From the NCBI RefSeq assembly GCF_004765795.1, contig NZ_SBIV01000005.1, positions 248,001 to 310,881 on the forward strand: a stretch of DNA of 62,881 nt, read 5' to 3'. The stretch comes from Halorussus marinus. GTDB lineage: Archaea; Halobacteriota; Halobacteria; Halobacteriales; Haladaptataceae. This document shows positions 19,335-28,943 of the stretch, piece by piece. The translations under genes and the position numbers were made by a program. The notes under the pieces were generated by a model. The model worked only from the letters and a program-made list of their open reading frames with translations, did no database searches and was not told where the DNA came from. Position 1 is the stretch's first letter; each line of letters begins with the position of its first letter.

Positions 19335-19401
19335 GCCGAGGCGTTGGGGCGCCCGACGTATCAGGATTCGCCAACGCGGTCGACCCGATCGGTCGGCGTC
19401 G

Positions 19402-20376
19402 CTACTCGTGGCCCGACACCCGAACGGGCTCGTAGGGCTCTTCGAGGTACGCGAGATCGCCCGACGTGAGGTCGATGTCGAGCGCCTCGACCGCGTCTTC
19501 GAGGTGCTCGACGCTGGTGGTGCCGACGATCGGCGCGTCGACCCAGTCCTTGTGGAGGAGCCACGACAGCGCGATCTGGGCCATCGTGACCCCCTTGTCG
19601 GCCGCGAGCTCCTGGACCCGCTCGTTGATCTCCGTGCCGCCGCCCTCCCGGTAGGGGTGTTCGTACATGTGTTCCTCGGTGTCTCCCCGGGTGGTCGCGT
19701 CGATCTCCTCGTGGGGCCGGGTGAGGTACCCCCGCGCGAGCGGGCTCCACGGGATCACCCCGATCCCCTCGTTCTCACAGAGCGGGAGCATCTCGCGTTC
19801 TTCCTCGCGGTACGCGAGGTTGTAGTGGTTCTGCATGGTGGCGAACCGTTCGAGCCCGAGCCGATCGCTGGCGTGCAACGCGTCGGCGAACTCGTGGGCC
19901 CACATCGACGACGCCCCGACGTACCGGGTCTTGCCGCGGCGGACGGCGTCGTCTAACGCCTTCAACGTCTCCTCGATGGGCGTCTCGTGGTCGAGCCGGT
20001 GGATCTGGAGCAGGTCGACGGCGTCCATCCCGAGCCGGTCGAGGGAGTTGTCGAGTTCCTGTTCGATCGCCTTCCGCGAGAGCCCGCCGGAGTTGGGGTC
20101 GTCGTCGTCCATCTGGAAGTACACCTTGGTGGCGACGACGTTCTCCTCGCGGCGCCCCTCCAGCGCGTCGCCGAGCACGCGCTCGCTCTCGCCGTTCGAG
20201 TACATGTTGGCGGTGTCGAAGAAGTTGATCCCCAGTTCGATCGCGCGGTCGATGATCTCTTCGCCCTCCTCGGGGTCGAGCACCCACGGCCGCCAGTCGC
20301 TCGATCCGAAGCTCATACAGCCCAGACAGAGCCGGCTCACCGTCGTCCCCGTGTCGCCGAGCGTGGTGTACTCCAT
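19402..20376 (-). CDS. Aldo/keto reductase (AKR9/YajO-like)
   Basis: ATG at 20376; LCLGCMSFG, FDTANMYSNGESE, ATK, DLLQIHR, MQNHYNL, IPWSPLARG. Confidence 0.95.
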   Translation of the reverse strand: MEYTTLGDTGTTVSRLCLGCMSFGSSDWRPWVLDPEEGEEIIDRAIELGINFFDTANMYSNGESERVLGDALEGRREENVVATKVYFQMDDDDPNSGGLSRKAIEQELDNSLDRLGMDAVDLLQIHRLDHETPIEETLKALDDAVRRGKTRYVGASSMWAHEFADALHASDRLGLERFATMQNHYNLAYREEEREMLPLCENEGIGVIPWSPLARGYLTRPHEEIDATTRGDTEEHMYEHPYREGGGTEINERVQELAADKGVTMAQIALSWLLHKDWVDAPIVGTTSVEHLEDAVEALDIDLTSGDLAYLEEPYEPVRVSGHE

Positions 20377-20475
20377 GCGCGAACGGTCGCTCGCGGGGCG
20401 TATAAAGGTGGGTTCGCCGGCAGGCCGTCGGCGGGCCCCGTCCGCTCGCGGCGTACCGAAAGGAATAACCCATTG

Positions 20476-20491
20476 TTTAGGTTTGCCTAAA
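20476..20491. promoter_or_regulatory. DtxR/IdeR/SirR-type metal-repressor operator (TTTAGG-N4-CCTAAA)
   Basis: Inverted repeat TTTAGG TTTG CCTAAA ending 2 nt before the ATG of an iron-siderophore-type binding protein. Confidence 0.7.
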
Positions 20492-20493
20492 AC

Positions 20494-21714
20494 ATGGACG
20501 GAGCGAGATTGGATCCGGCGACGCGGCGCGAGTACCTGAAAGGCGGCGCCACGCTCCTCGGGACGGGACTGCTCGCCGGCTGTACGGGCGAGACGGACGC
20601 TGAGTCGACCGCGACCGAGTCGGAGGCGACCGAGACGACGACCGACGAGACGACCACGACCGCGGACGAATCTCACTCGGTGACGATGGCGCCGATGGGC
20701 GAGGTGACGTTCGACGCGCCGCCCGAGAGCGCGTTCGTCGCGTTCCCTCAGTACGCCGACATGGCGGTGGCGCTCGGCCACGGCGACGCCGTCAACACGG
20801 TCTACGTCCCGGAGATGTCCGGGACGACGATGAACCACTACTACCACCACCTCGACGGCGTCTCCTTCGAGTGGGAGGGGCTCGTCGACCCGCTGGCGGA
20901 CGGGCTGAACAAAGAGGAGCTCTACGACCTCGACAGCGACGTCCACTTCCTCGACCCCGCCTACGCCGTCAGCGACTCGAACTGGGCAGAGAGCGACGTC
21001 GAGGACGTCGCCGAGGACGTTGGGCCGTGGTTCGGGAACTTCTACAGCGGGACCCGGGCCGAGCCGCCGGGCTATCGGGACGTCTACGAGTACTACGACC
21101 TGTGGGACCTGTTCGAGAAGGTCGCCGCGGTGTTCCGAGAAGGAGAGCGCTATCGGGCGCTCGAATCGGTCCACGCCGACCTGCTGGCGACGATCGAAGA
21201 GCGGCTCCCGCCCGAGGACGACCGGCCGACCGCCGTGCGGGTGACGGTGAGCGAGGACCAGTTTTACACCTATCACCTCAACGAGCCGGGGTACTGGCTC
21301 GCGGACACCCGGCCGCTCGGCGCGACCGACGCCTTCGCCGACGAGGAGTGGTCGAATCTCTGGGGTACGGTCGGCCACGAGGCGATGGCCGAGGCCGACC
21401 CGGACGTCATCCTCCACCTCTGGGGGATGACCCCGCGGTACGCGACCAGCGAGGCCCGCCGGACCTTGCGAGACCACCCTGTGGGGAGCCAGCTCTCGGC
21501 GGTCAGGAACGACCGCGTGTACGCCCACGGAATGCGGTATCAGGGCCCGATCATGAACCTCTTCCAGTTGGAGATGACCGCCAAACAGCTCTACCCCGAG
21601 GCGTTCGGCGAGTGGCCCGGGTACACCGACGGCGAGCCCTACCCCGAAATCCCCGCCGACGAGCAGTTGTTCGACCGCGACCGCGTCGCCGCCGCGGTAA
21701 ACGGCGAGGTCTGA
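20494..21714 (+). CDS. ABC transporter substrate-binding lipoprotein, Fe-siderophore/cobalamin class (Tat-exported)
   Basis: TRREYLK twin-arginine motif, LAGC lipobox, DMAVALG, LYDLDSDVH, ADPDVIL, YQGPIMNLFQLEMTAKQLYP. Confidence 0.85.
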   Translation: MDGARLDPATRREYLKGGATLLGTGLLAGCTGETDAESTATESEATETTTDETTTTADESHSVTMAPMGEVTFDAPPESAFVAFPQYADMAVALGHGDAVNTVYVPEMSGTTMNHYYHHLDGVSFEWEGLVDPLADGLNKEELYDLDSDVHFLDPAYAVSDSNWAESDVEDVAEDVGPWFGNFYSGTRAEPPGYRDVYEYYDLWDLFEKVAAVFREGERYRALESVHADLLATIEERLPPEDDRPTAVRVTVSEDQFYTYHLNEPGYWLADTRPLGATDAFADEEWSNLWGTVGHEAMAEADPDVILHLWGMTPRYATSEARRTLRDHPVGSQLSAVRNDRVYAHGMRYQGPIMNLFQLEMTAKQLYPEAFGEWPGYTDGEPYPEIPADEQLFDRDRVAAAVNGEV

Positions 21715-21808
21715 GCGCCCACCCGAGCGACCGCCCCGCCGACCGCCCTCGACACCTCCGAGCCGGCGGGCCAGCGACCTTTTGGCCGCCGACGTGCTAC
21801 GTCGTCGT

Positions 21809-22192
21809 ATGGGTACAGACATCGACGGAGAGCCGGTCGACGTATCGGTCGCGGCCGAACCGCCGGGGATGGAGCGAGTCCGAGCGATCAGCGACCTGCT
21901 CGACGAGGCGTTCGAGATCCCGGGGATCGGGTACGAGATCGGACTCGACCCGATTCTGGGGATCCTGCCGGTCGGCGGTGACAGCGTCTCGGCGGCCATC
22001 TCGCTGTACATCGTCGCCGAGGCCGCCCAGATGGGCGCCTCCCGGGAGACGCTCGCGAAGATGCTCGTCAACATCGGCGTCGACGCGGCCGTCGGCTCGA
22101 TCCCGGCGATCGGCACGATCTTCGACGCGGTGTTCAAGGCCAACAAGCGAAACGTCTCGATTCTCGAAGAGGAATTCGGCGCCAGCGAGTGA
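21809..22192 (+). CDS. DUF4112 family membrane protein
   Basis: LLDEAFEIPG...IGLDPILGILPVGGD...NIGVDAAVGSIPAIG..FDAVFKANKRN. Confidence 0.85.
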   Translation: MGTDIDGEPVDVSVAAEPPGMERVRAISDLLDEAFEIPGIGYEIGLDPILGILPVGGDSVSAAISLYIVAEAAQMGASRETLAKMLVNIGVDAAVGSIPAIGTIFDAVFKANKRNVSILEEEFGASE

Positions 22193-22195
22193 CGC

Positions 22196-23851
22196 TCAGT
22201 CGGGGCGCACCCAGCAGTAACCGTAGCCGTCGAGGTCGAACCGCCACGCGCGCGCTCGTTCGCTCCCGTCGGTCGCGTCGTCGGCCGGCCGGACCGACGC
22301 TCCGTCCCGACCGAACGCCACGGTCGGGTCGCCGTCGAGCGCGATCGAGACCGCCGTCGGCGAGTCGTCGAGGTTGTGGACCGCGACGACCGCGCCGTCG
22401 TCGCCGGCGATCCGGTGGGCGAACACCGCGGGATCGTCGACGTCGAGCACCTCGCAGGCGCCGGTGCCGATCGCCGGACACGCGTGGCGGGTCCGGATCA
22501 GCCGGCCGAACCACCGGAGCAACGAGTCGGGGTCCTCACGTTGGTCGGCGACGTTGACCGCCTCGTAGCCGTACCCGCCGCCGGCGATCACCGGCCGGAC
22601 GAGGTCGTCGGCGTCGGCCGGCGAGAAGCCGCCGTTGGGCTCGTCGGCCCACTGCATCGGCGTCCGGACGGCGTCTCGCCCGGGCAACGAGAGGTCCTCT
22701 CCCATCCCGATCTCGTCGCCGTACACCAACAGGGGCGCGCCGGGGAGCGAGAACAGCAGGCTGTACGCGAGTTCGATCCGGTCGCGGTCGCCGAGCATCG
22801 GCGCGAGCCGCCGCCGAATCCCCCGGCCGTAGATGCCCATCGCCTCGTCGGGCGCGAACGCCTCGAAGACGGCCTCCCGATCGGCCGTCGGCAGGCGCCC
22901 GAGGTTGAGTTCGTCGTAGTTGCGCAGGAAGTTCGCCCACTGGCCCTCCTCGGGGATCGCCGGGAGGAGGTCGAGGACCCGCCGGAGGGGGTCGGCCCGG
23001 CGCTCGGCCAGCGCGGCCACGAGGTACGCGTCGAGCAGGAAGTTCAGCAGGACGTTGCACTCGTCGCCGTCGCCGAAGTAGTCGGCGAGCCGATCGGGCT
23101 CGTCGTCGGCCTCCGCGAGGAGCACGGCGTCGTCGCCCCGGCGCGCGACGAACCGCCGCAGGTCCCGGATGACGCCGTGAGGGTCGTCGAGCCGCGTCGA
23201 TTCGAGCCCGCCCTTGTTGTCGATCATGAGCGTGGCGGCGTCGACCCGGAAGCCGTCGACGCCGAGCCGGAGCCAGAAGTCCATGACGTTGCGGATCTCC
23301 GCGCGCACGTCGGGGTTGGCGACGTTGAGGTCGGGCTGGAAGTGGTAGAACCGGTGGTAGTAGAACGCCTCGGCCGCCTCGTCGTAGCTCCAGACGGTGT
23401 CCTCCTCGCCGGGGAACACCGGGCCGCGGTCGGGGTCGGGCCACTCGGGCGGGTCGTCGACCCAGACGTAGTAGTCTCGGTACGGCGAGTCTGGGTCCTC
23501 GCGGGCGCGCCGAAACCACGGGTGCTGGTCGGAGGTGTGGTTGACCACGAGGTCGACGAGGACCCGGATCCCCAGACGGTCGGCCGCGCGAACGAACGCC
23601 ACGAAGTCCCCGAGCGTGCCGTGGCGGTCGTCGACGCCGTAGTAGTCGGCCACGTCGTAGCCGTTGTCCCGGTTCGGCGACGGGTAGAACGGGAGGAGCC
23701 ACACGCAGTCGACCCCGAGGGCGTCGAGGTGGTCGAGTCGGTCGATCAGTCCCGGGAAGTCGCCGACGCCGTCACCGTTCCCGTCTGCGAACGCCTCGAC
23801 GTCGACGGCGTAGAACACCGCGTCGTCGTACCACCGTTCGTCGGTCGCCAT
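22196..23851 (-). CDS. GH13 trehalose synthase (TreS)-like alpha-glucosyltransferase
   Basis: WY..AVFY, DGNGDGVGDF, PFYPSPNRDNGYDV, DLVVNHTSDQHPWF, QPDLN, GFRVDA, LLAE, GIRRRLAPML, YGDEIGMG. Confidence 0.85.
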   Translation of the reverse strand: MATDERWYDDAVFYAVDVEAFADGNGDGVGDFPGLIDRLDHLDALGVDCVWLLPFYPSPNRDNGYDVADYYGVDDRHGTLGDFVAFVRAADRLGIRVLVDLVVNHTSDQHPWFRRAREDPDSPYRDYYVWVDDPPEWPDPDRGPVFPGEEDTVWSYDEAAEAFYYHRFYHFQPDLNVANPDVRAEIRNVMDFWLRLGVDGFRVDAATLMIDNKGGLESTRLDDPHGVIRDLRRFVARRGDDAVLLAEADDEPDRLADYFGDGDECNVLLNFLLDAYLVAALAERRADPLRRVLDLLPAIPEEGQWANFLRNYDELNLGRLPTADREAVFEAFAPDEAMGIYGRGIRRRLAPMLGDRDRIELAYSLLFSLPGAPLLVYGDEIGMGEDLSLPGRDAVRTPMQWADEPNGGFSPADADDLVRPVIAGGGYGYEAVNVADQREDPDSLLRWFGRLIRTRHACPAIGTGACEVLDVDDPAVFAHRIAGDDGAVVAVHNLDDSPTAVSIALDGDPTVAFGRDGASVRPADDATDGSERARAWRFDLDGYGYCWVRPD

Positions 23852-23927
23852 GCGCGGTTGCCCGGGACGACGCCGACGCGGAAAACTCCTCGGGCGGCGG
23901 CGCTCGCGGGCCGATGATCGTCGCGCG

Positions 23928-24320
23928 CTACTCGGGCACGGTGTCAGCGTACCGCCGGAGGCTCGCGTTCGTTCGGTCGGCCAGATAGCGCCGGATCCGG
24001 CGCTCGCGCCAGCCGACCGGCGAGAGCACGCTCTCGGCCGCCCGGATGAGTTCGTCGGCCAACGCCACCCGGTCGCGCGAGCGCGACGGGGTCGACCTCG
24101 CCGGCTCGGAGTCGGTCGAGCGCCCGCCCGAGCCGATCGCAGACCGCCTCGGGCGAGCGAGCCTCGTCGAACGTCGCGATCAGCGCGCGCTGGACGTCGG
24201 TCACGAACGCCGGGGTGGGTCGCTGGCGACACTCGATGGCGCGGTACTTGTACGCGTCCTCGCCGGCGACCGCGCCGAAGTACTTCGTCAGCGCGCCGGC
24301 CCGACTGTCCGGACGGCGAC
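23928..24320 (-). pseudogene. C-terminal relic of a family-B DNA polymerase (haloarchaeal PolB2-type), 5'-truncated, with internal deletions and a frameshift
   Basis: Reads ...AGALTKYFGAVAGEDAYKYRAIECRQRPTPAFV...EAVCDRL...LRAGEVDP, then in another frame SRDRVALADELIRAAESVLSPVGWRERRIRRYL...stop at 23928; no start or catalytic N-terminal region. Confidence 0.7.
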
Positions 24321-24360
24321 GGTAGCTGTGTTTTTACGCGTCAAACCCCTACGGCGAGTG

Positions 24361-25401
24361 ATGACTGCCCAGCGACATCGGGAGGGGTCGGGTCGAGCCG
24401 ACGCGGCCGGCGGCGCGACCGACGACGACGCGCCGCCGGCCGCGATCGCGGTCGACGGGCTGGTCAAGCGGTTCGGGACCGGCCCCGACGCGGTCACCGC
24501 GGTCGACGGCCTCTCGTTCGAGATCGAGCCGGGATCTGTCGTCGGACTGCTCGGGCCGAACGGCGCGGGCAAGACGACGACCATCAAGTCGATTCTCGGG
24601 ATGGTGCTCCCCGACGCGGGCACGGTCCGGATTCACGGCCACGACGTGGCCGAGGCCCCGCGCGAGGCCTACGCCCGCGTCGACGCGATGCTGGAGGGCG
24701 CACGCAACGACTACTGGCGGCTCACCGTCCGGGAGAACCTCCGGTACTTCGCGACGATCGGCGGGGTCGATCCCGACTCGGTCGCCGACCGCCACGACCG
24801 ACTGCTTGAGAAGCTCGACCTCGCGGCGAAGGCCGACGAGCCGGTCCGGAGCCTCTCGCGGGGGATGAAACAGAAGGTCTCGCTCGCCAGCGTGCTCGCG
24901 AGCGACGCCGACGTGGTCTTTCTCGACGAGCCGACGCTTGGCCTCGACGTCGAGAGCTCCCGGACGCTCCGGCGCGAACTCCGCCGGATCGTCGACGAGC
25001 GTGACCTGACCGCGGTCGTCAGCAGTCACGACATGGACGTCATCGAGGCGGTCTGTGACCGAGTGATCATCATGAGCGAGGGCCGGATCGTCGCCGACGA
25101 CACCGTCCCGGCGCTCCTCGACGGCTTCGAGACGCGGGGCTACCGGCTCGCGAGCCCGGATCTCACCGACGAGGTGGTGGCCGGCGTCCGCGAGCGGTTC
25201 GAGGTGACCGACCGCGAGCGCGTCGGCGAGAAGACCGAGATCGAGGTCGCGACCGACAGCGACGGTTTCTACGCGCTGGCCGCCCACCTCCGGGAGCGCG
25301 ACGTGGCGCTGGATTCGGTCGAGACGGTCGAGCCCGATCTGGAGGAGGCGTTCGTCGAGATGACGGGCGACGCCGGGGCGGCCGGCGGAGGTGAGCCGTG
25401 A
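24361..25401 (+). CDS. ABC-2 type exporter, ATP-binding subunit
   Basis: GPNGAGKTT, LSRGMKQK, FLDEPT, SSHDM; likely start ATG 24361. Confidence 0.9.
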   Translation: MTAQRHREGSGRADAAGGATDDDAPPAAIAVDGLVKRFGTGPDAVTAVDGLSFEIEPGSVVGLLGPNGAGKTTTIKSILGMVLPDAGTVRIHGHDVAEAPREAYARVDAMLEGARNDYWRLTVRENLRYFATIGGVDPDSVADRHDRLLEKLDLAAKADEPVRSLSRGMKQKVSLASVLASDADVVFLDEPTLGLDVESSRTLRRELRRIVDERDLTAVVSSHDMDVIEAVCDRVIIMSEGRIVADDTVPALLDGFETRGYRLASPDLTDEVVAGVRERFEVTDRERVGEKTEIEVATDSDGFYALAAHLRERDVALDSVETVEPDLEEAFVEMTGDAGAAGGGEP

Positions 25402-26240
25402 CCGCCCGCCGATCGGACCCGGTCGCCACCGACCCGGGCGAGGCCGGCGACGCGACCGATCGGCGACGCGCGGGCTACCGCCAGCTCGCGAAGGCGGTCC
25501 TCTACCGAGAGTATCTGATCTTCGTGCGCTACCCCGCGAACGCGATCGGCGGCATCGTGGTCTCGCTGTTTTTCTTCGGGCTGTTGTTCTACGGCGGCCG
25601 GATGCTCGCGGGCCGGGCGCTGACCGACTCGATCGAGGGGATCGTGGTCGGATACTTCCTCTGGACGCTGTCGGTCGGCGCCTACAGCGCCATCTCCAAC
25701 GACATCGGGAGCGAAGTCCAGTGGGGGACCCTCGAACGCCACGTCATGACGCCGTTCGGGTTCGCGCCCGTCGCCTTCCTCAAGGGCGTCGCGAAGGTGA
25801 TCCGGACCTTCGTTACCTCCGCGATCATTCTGGCGGTCATGCTCGTGCTCACCGGGACCACCCTCGAACTGAACGTCCTCACCGTCGTCCCGGTCACGGT
25901 GCTCAGCATCGCCTCGGTGCTGGGGCTCGGCTTTGCGGCCGGCGGGATCACCGTCCTCTACAAGCGGGTGGGCAACTGGCTCAATCTGCTCCAGTTCGGG
26001 TTCATCGTGCTCATCTCGGCGCCGGCGTTCGACCTCGGGTGGACGAAGTACCTCCCGCTCGCGCAGGGTAGCGCGCTCCTCCAGCGCGCGATGATCGACG
26101 GAACCCGGCTGTGGGAGTTCCCCGCGGCCGATCTGGCGGTGCTGGTCGGGGTCGCGGTCGGCTACGTGGCGCTTGGCTATCTGGTGTTCGAGTACGCGAC
26201 CCGGCGGGCCCGGCGGCTCGGGGTCCTCGGCGACTACTGA
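25398..26240 (+). CDS. ABC-2 type exporter permease
   Basis: 6 TM segments, EVQWGTLE motif, GTGA overlap with the ATPase. Confidence 0.85.
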   Translation: MTARRSDPVATDPGEAGDATDRRRAGYRQLAKAVLYREYLIFVRYPANAIGGIVVSLFFFGLLFYGGRMLAGRALTDSIEGIVVGYFLWTLSVGAYSAISNDIGSEVQWGTLERHVMTPFGFAPVAFLKGVAKVIRTFVTSAIILAVMLVLTGTTLELNVLTVVPVTVLSIASVLGLGFAAGGITVLYKRVGNWLNLLQFGFIVLISAPAFDLGWTKYLPLAQGSALLQRAMIDGTRLWEFPAADLAVLVGVAVGYVALGYLVFEYATRRARRLGVLGDY

Positions 26241-26259
26241 TCGGGCGACAGTCGGGGGC

Positions 26260-27597
26260 TCACCGCTCGCGGACGCGCATCGGCATCCCGTTTCGCGGGT
26301 GCATCGTCAGCGACGGCAGGAGGTCGAGACCCTCCTCGCCGGTGTACTCGAGGCTGTACCGCTGGGCGGTGCGTGCGAGGATGAGCTTGGCCTCGAGTTT
26401 GGCGAGGTGCTTGCCGATGCAGTGGCGGGGACCGCCCCCGAACGGGAAGTACGCGAACCGCGGGCGGTCGACGTCGCGGTCCCACCGGTCGGGGTCGAAC
26501 GCGTCCGGTTCGTCCCAGTAGCGCTCCGAGCGGTGCATCGCCCACTGAGAGAGCATGATCGCGGCGTCCTCGGGGACGCGATACCCGCCCAGTTCGACGG
26601 CCGACTTCGGCTCGCGGAACATGGTGTACACCGGCGGGTACAGCCGCATCGACTCGTCGACCACCTGCTCGACGAACGCGAGGTCGCCCACGTCGTCTAT
26701 CGTGGGCCGGTCGTCGCCGAGCACCTCGTCGACCTCGGCGTGGACCCGGCGCTCGGCCTCGGGGTGTTGGGAGAGGAGATACCACGCGTAGGTCAGGGTC
26801 AGCGCGGTGGTGTCGTGGCCCGCCAACAGCATCGTCATCACCTCGTCGCGGATCTGGCGGCTCGACTGCTCGCCCCGATCCTGCGCGCGCAGGAGGATCG
26901 ACAGCAGGTCGTCGGGGCCCTCGTCGGCGGCGGCGTCGCCGTGGGTCCCGCGTCGCTCGGTCACGATGTCGTCGATGACCGACTCCATCGTCCCGACGGC
27001 GGCGTCGTACTCGCCGTCGCCGGGCATCGGTAGCCACCGCGGGGCGGCGAACCGGACGGGGTCGGGCTCGAACCGCGCGCCCAGCGGTACCAGCGACTCC
27101 CGGATGGTCCGGACCCGCTCGTCGTCGAGGTCGGTGCCGAGCATCAGGTCGACGATGACCGCGAGGGTCACCTGCGTCATCTCCTGTTCGACGTCGACGC
27201 CGGCGCCGTCGGCCCAGTCGGCGAGCAGGTCGTCGTGGTGGTCGACGATCCGGTCGGCGAACCCCATCAGCCGACCCATGTCGAACGCGGGGTTGGCGAG
27301 CTGGCGCTGTTTCCGCCACGTCTGGCCCTCGCTGAGCAACAGCCCCTTCCCGAGCAGGTCGCCGAGCGCGTCGCTCTGGAAGTCGGGCTTGCGGAACTGG
27401 TCGGCCTCCGAGACCAGCACCCGCTCGACGTCGGCGGGGTCGGTCAGGAGGTAGGTGTTCAGCGGCCCGAGGTCGAACTGCACGACGCTCCCGTAGGCCC
27501 GTTCGCACGCCGAGAGGAAGCGAAACGGATCGCGGGCGTATCGGCGGCTACTGCCGAACAGCGGTTCTCCGCTCGGCCCCGGCGGTGAGGAGCTCAT
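26260..27597 (-). CDS. Cytochrome P450
   Basis: I-helix LAGHDTT, ExxR (ESMR), FDPDRW, heme motif PFGGGPRHCIG. Confidence 0.95.
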   Translation of the reverse strand: MSSSPPGPSGEPLFGSSRRYARDPFRFLSACERAYGSVVQFDLGPLNTYLLTDPADVERVLVSEADQFRKPDFQSDALGDLLGKGLLLSEGQTWRKQRQLANPAFDMGRLMGFADRIVDHHDDLLADWADGAGVDVEQEMTQVTLAVIVDLMLGTDLDDERVRTIRESLVPLGARFEPDPVRFAAPRWLPMPGDGEYDAAVGTMESVIDDIVTERRGTHGDAAADEGPDDLLSILLRAQDRGEQSSRQIRDEVMTMLLAGHDTTALTLTYAWYLLSQHPEAERRVHAEVDEVLGDDRPTIDDVGDLAFVEQVVDESMRLYPPVYTMFREPKSAVELGGYRVPEDAAIMLSQWAMHRSERYWDEPDAFDPDRWDRDVDRPRFAYFPFGGGPRHCIGKHLAKLEAKLILARTAQRYSLEYTGEEGLDLLPSLTMHPRNGMPMRVRER

Positions 27598-27680
27598 TAG
27601 CGGTGCTTAGGAGTCGAACGTCATGAATCCGGCGGCGATCGGGGCGTGCTATTATATCCCGCGAGGCGGAGTGGTCCCAC

Positions 27681-28904
27681 ATGGACCACGTCACGGCGCT
27701 CGAATGTACGCTGTGCGGCGAGACCTACGACCCCGAACGGGTCGTCTACACCTGCCCGAACCACGAGGGAGTCCGCGGGATCCTCGAAGTGACCTACGAC
27801 TACGACGTCGTCCGCGAGCGGTTCGACGCCGACCTCGACGGCGCGATTCCCGACCAGTGGAAGTATCGCGCGTTCTTGCCGGTCGCCGACGACGTCGACC
27901 CGGTGTCGCTCGGCGAGGGCGGCACCGACCTGCTCGAGGCACCCCGGCTGGGCGCGGAACTGAGCGTCGACCTGCGGATCAAAGACGACGGGCGCAACCC
28001 CACGGGCGTGCTGAAAGACCGCGCGACCAGCGTCGCGGTCACGAAGGCGAAGGCCGCCGGCCGCGAGGTCGTCACCTGCGCGTCGACCGGGAACGCGGCG
28101 GCGTCGCTCGGCGGGTACGCCGCCCGGGCGGGGCTCGACTGTCGGATCTTCGTCCCCGAGGACGCCCCGGAGGGAAAGCTCGCCCAGCCGCTCGTCTACG
28201 GCGCCGACGTGCTCGGGGTCGCGGGAAGCTACGACGAGGCCTACGACCTCTCGCTCGACGCGACCGAGGAGTTCGGGTGGTACAACCGCAACGCCGCGAT
28301 CAATCCGTTTCAGGTCGAGGGCAAGCGGACGGTCGGCCACGAACTCGCCGAGCAGACTCGGGGCGACTGTCCCGACTGGCTCGTCTTCTCGATGGGCGAC
28401 GGCTGTACGATCGCCGGCGGCTGGAAGGGGTTCCGGGAGTTCGCGGAGCTCGATCTGGTGGCCGAGACGCCGAAAATGCTCGGCGTCCAGGCCGAGGGCG
28501 CAAGCGCCATCCACGACGCGTTCCGCGAGACCGACGACGCCGACGAAGTCGCCGACACGGTGGCCGACAGCATCGCGGTCGGGCGCCCCCGGAACACGGT
28601 CAAGGCGTGCCGGGCGCTCGAAGACAGCGGCGGTGACTCGGTGCTCGTGACCGACGAGGAGATACTGGCGGCCGAAGCGACGCTCGGTCGGACCGAGGGC
28701 CTGTACGCCGAGCCCGCGGGAGCGGCCCCGATCGCGGGGCTTCGGAAGGCCCGCCGGAAGGGTATCGTCGAGGCCGGCGAGTCGGTGGTGGCGGTCCTCA
28801 CCGGCAACGGGCTGAAAGACGCCGCGAGCGCGATGCGGGCGGCCGGCGAGATCGAGCGGATCGACGCCGACCTCGACGACGTGATCGCGCGGTACGGCGC
28901 GTGA
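27681..28904 (+). CDS. Threonine synthase family PLP enzyme (N-terminal Cys cluster)
   Basis: CxxC..CPxH, LGEGGT, NPTGVLKDRA, CASTGNA, EGKRT, TGNGLKD. Confidence 0.85.
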   Translation: MDHVTALECTLCGETYDPERVVYTCPNHEGVRGILEVTYDYDVVRERFDADLDGAIPDQWKYRAFLPVADDVDPVSLGEGGTDLLEAPRLGAELSVDLRIKDDGRNPTGVLKDRATSVAVTKAKAAGREVVTCASTGNAAASLGGYAARAGLDCRIFVPEDAPEGKLAQPLVYGADVLGVAGSYDEAYDLSLDATEEFGWYNRNAAINPFQVEGKRTVGHELAEQTRGDCPDWLVFSMGDGCTIAGGWKGFREFAELDLVAETPKMLGVQAEGASAIHDAFRETDDADEVADTVADSIAVGRPRNTVKACRALEDSGGDSVLVTDEEILAAEATLGRTEGLYAEPAGAAPIAGLRKARRKGIVEAGESVVAVLTGNGLKDAASAMRAAGEIERIDADLDDVIARYGA

Positions 28905-28943
28905 CCGCCGGCCGCATCCGACGAGGGCCGGGGCCGAACGCGG

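Noticed and set aside
19402..22146. Apparent 914-aa reductase and similar N-terminal extensions (8322..9743, 16675..18480, 22196..24232, 24046, 34310, 56869)
   Set aside because: The extensions overlap other well-supported genes. Family motifs begin at the downstream ATG, often about 25 nt after a TATA-like box.
27607..27624. 5-codon ORF MTFDS just upstream of the P450, suggesting a biarylitide-type RiPP with the adjacent ABC exporter
   Set aside because: It lacks the MxYxH aromatic pair, overlaps the likely P450 promoter, and is expected by chance. The exporter is convergent, not co-transcribed.
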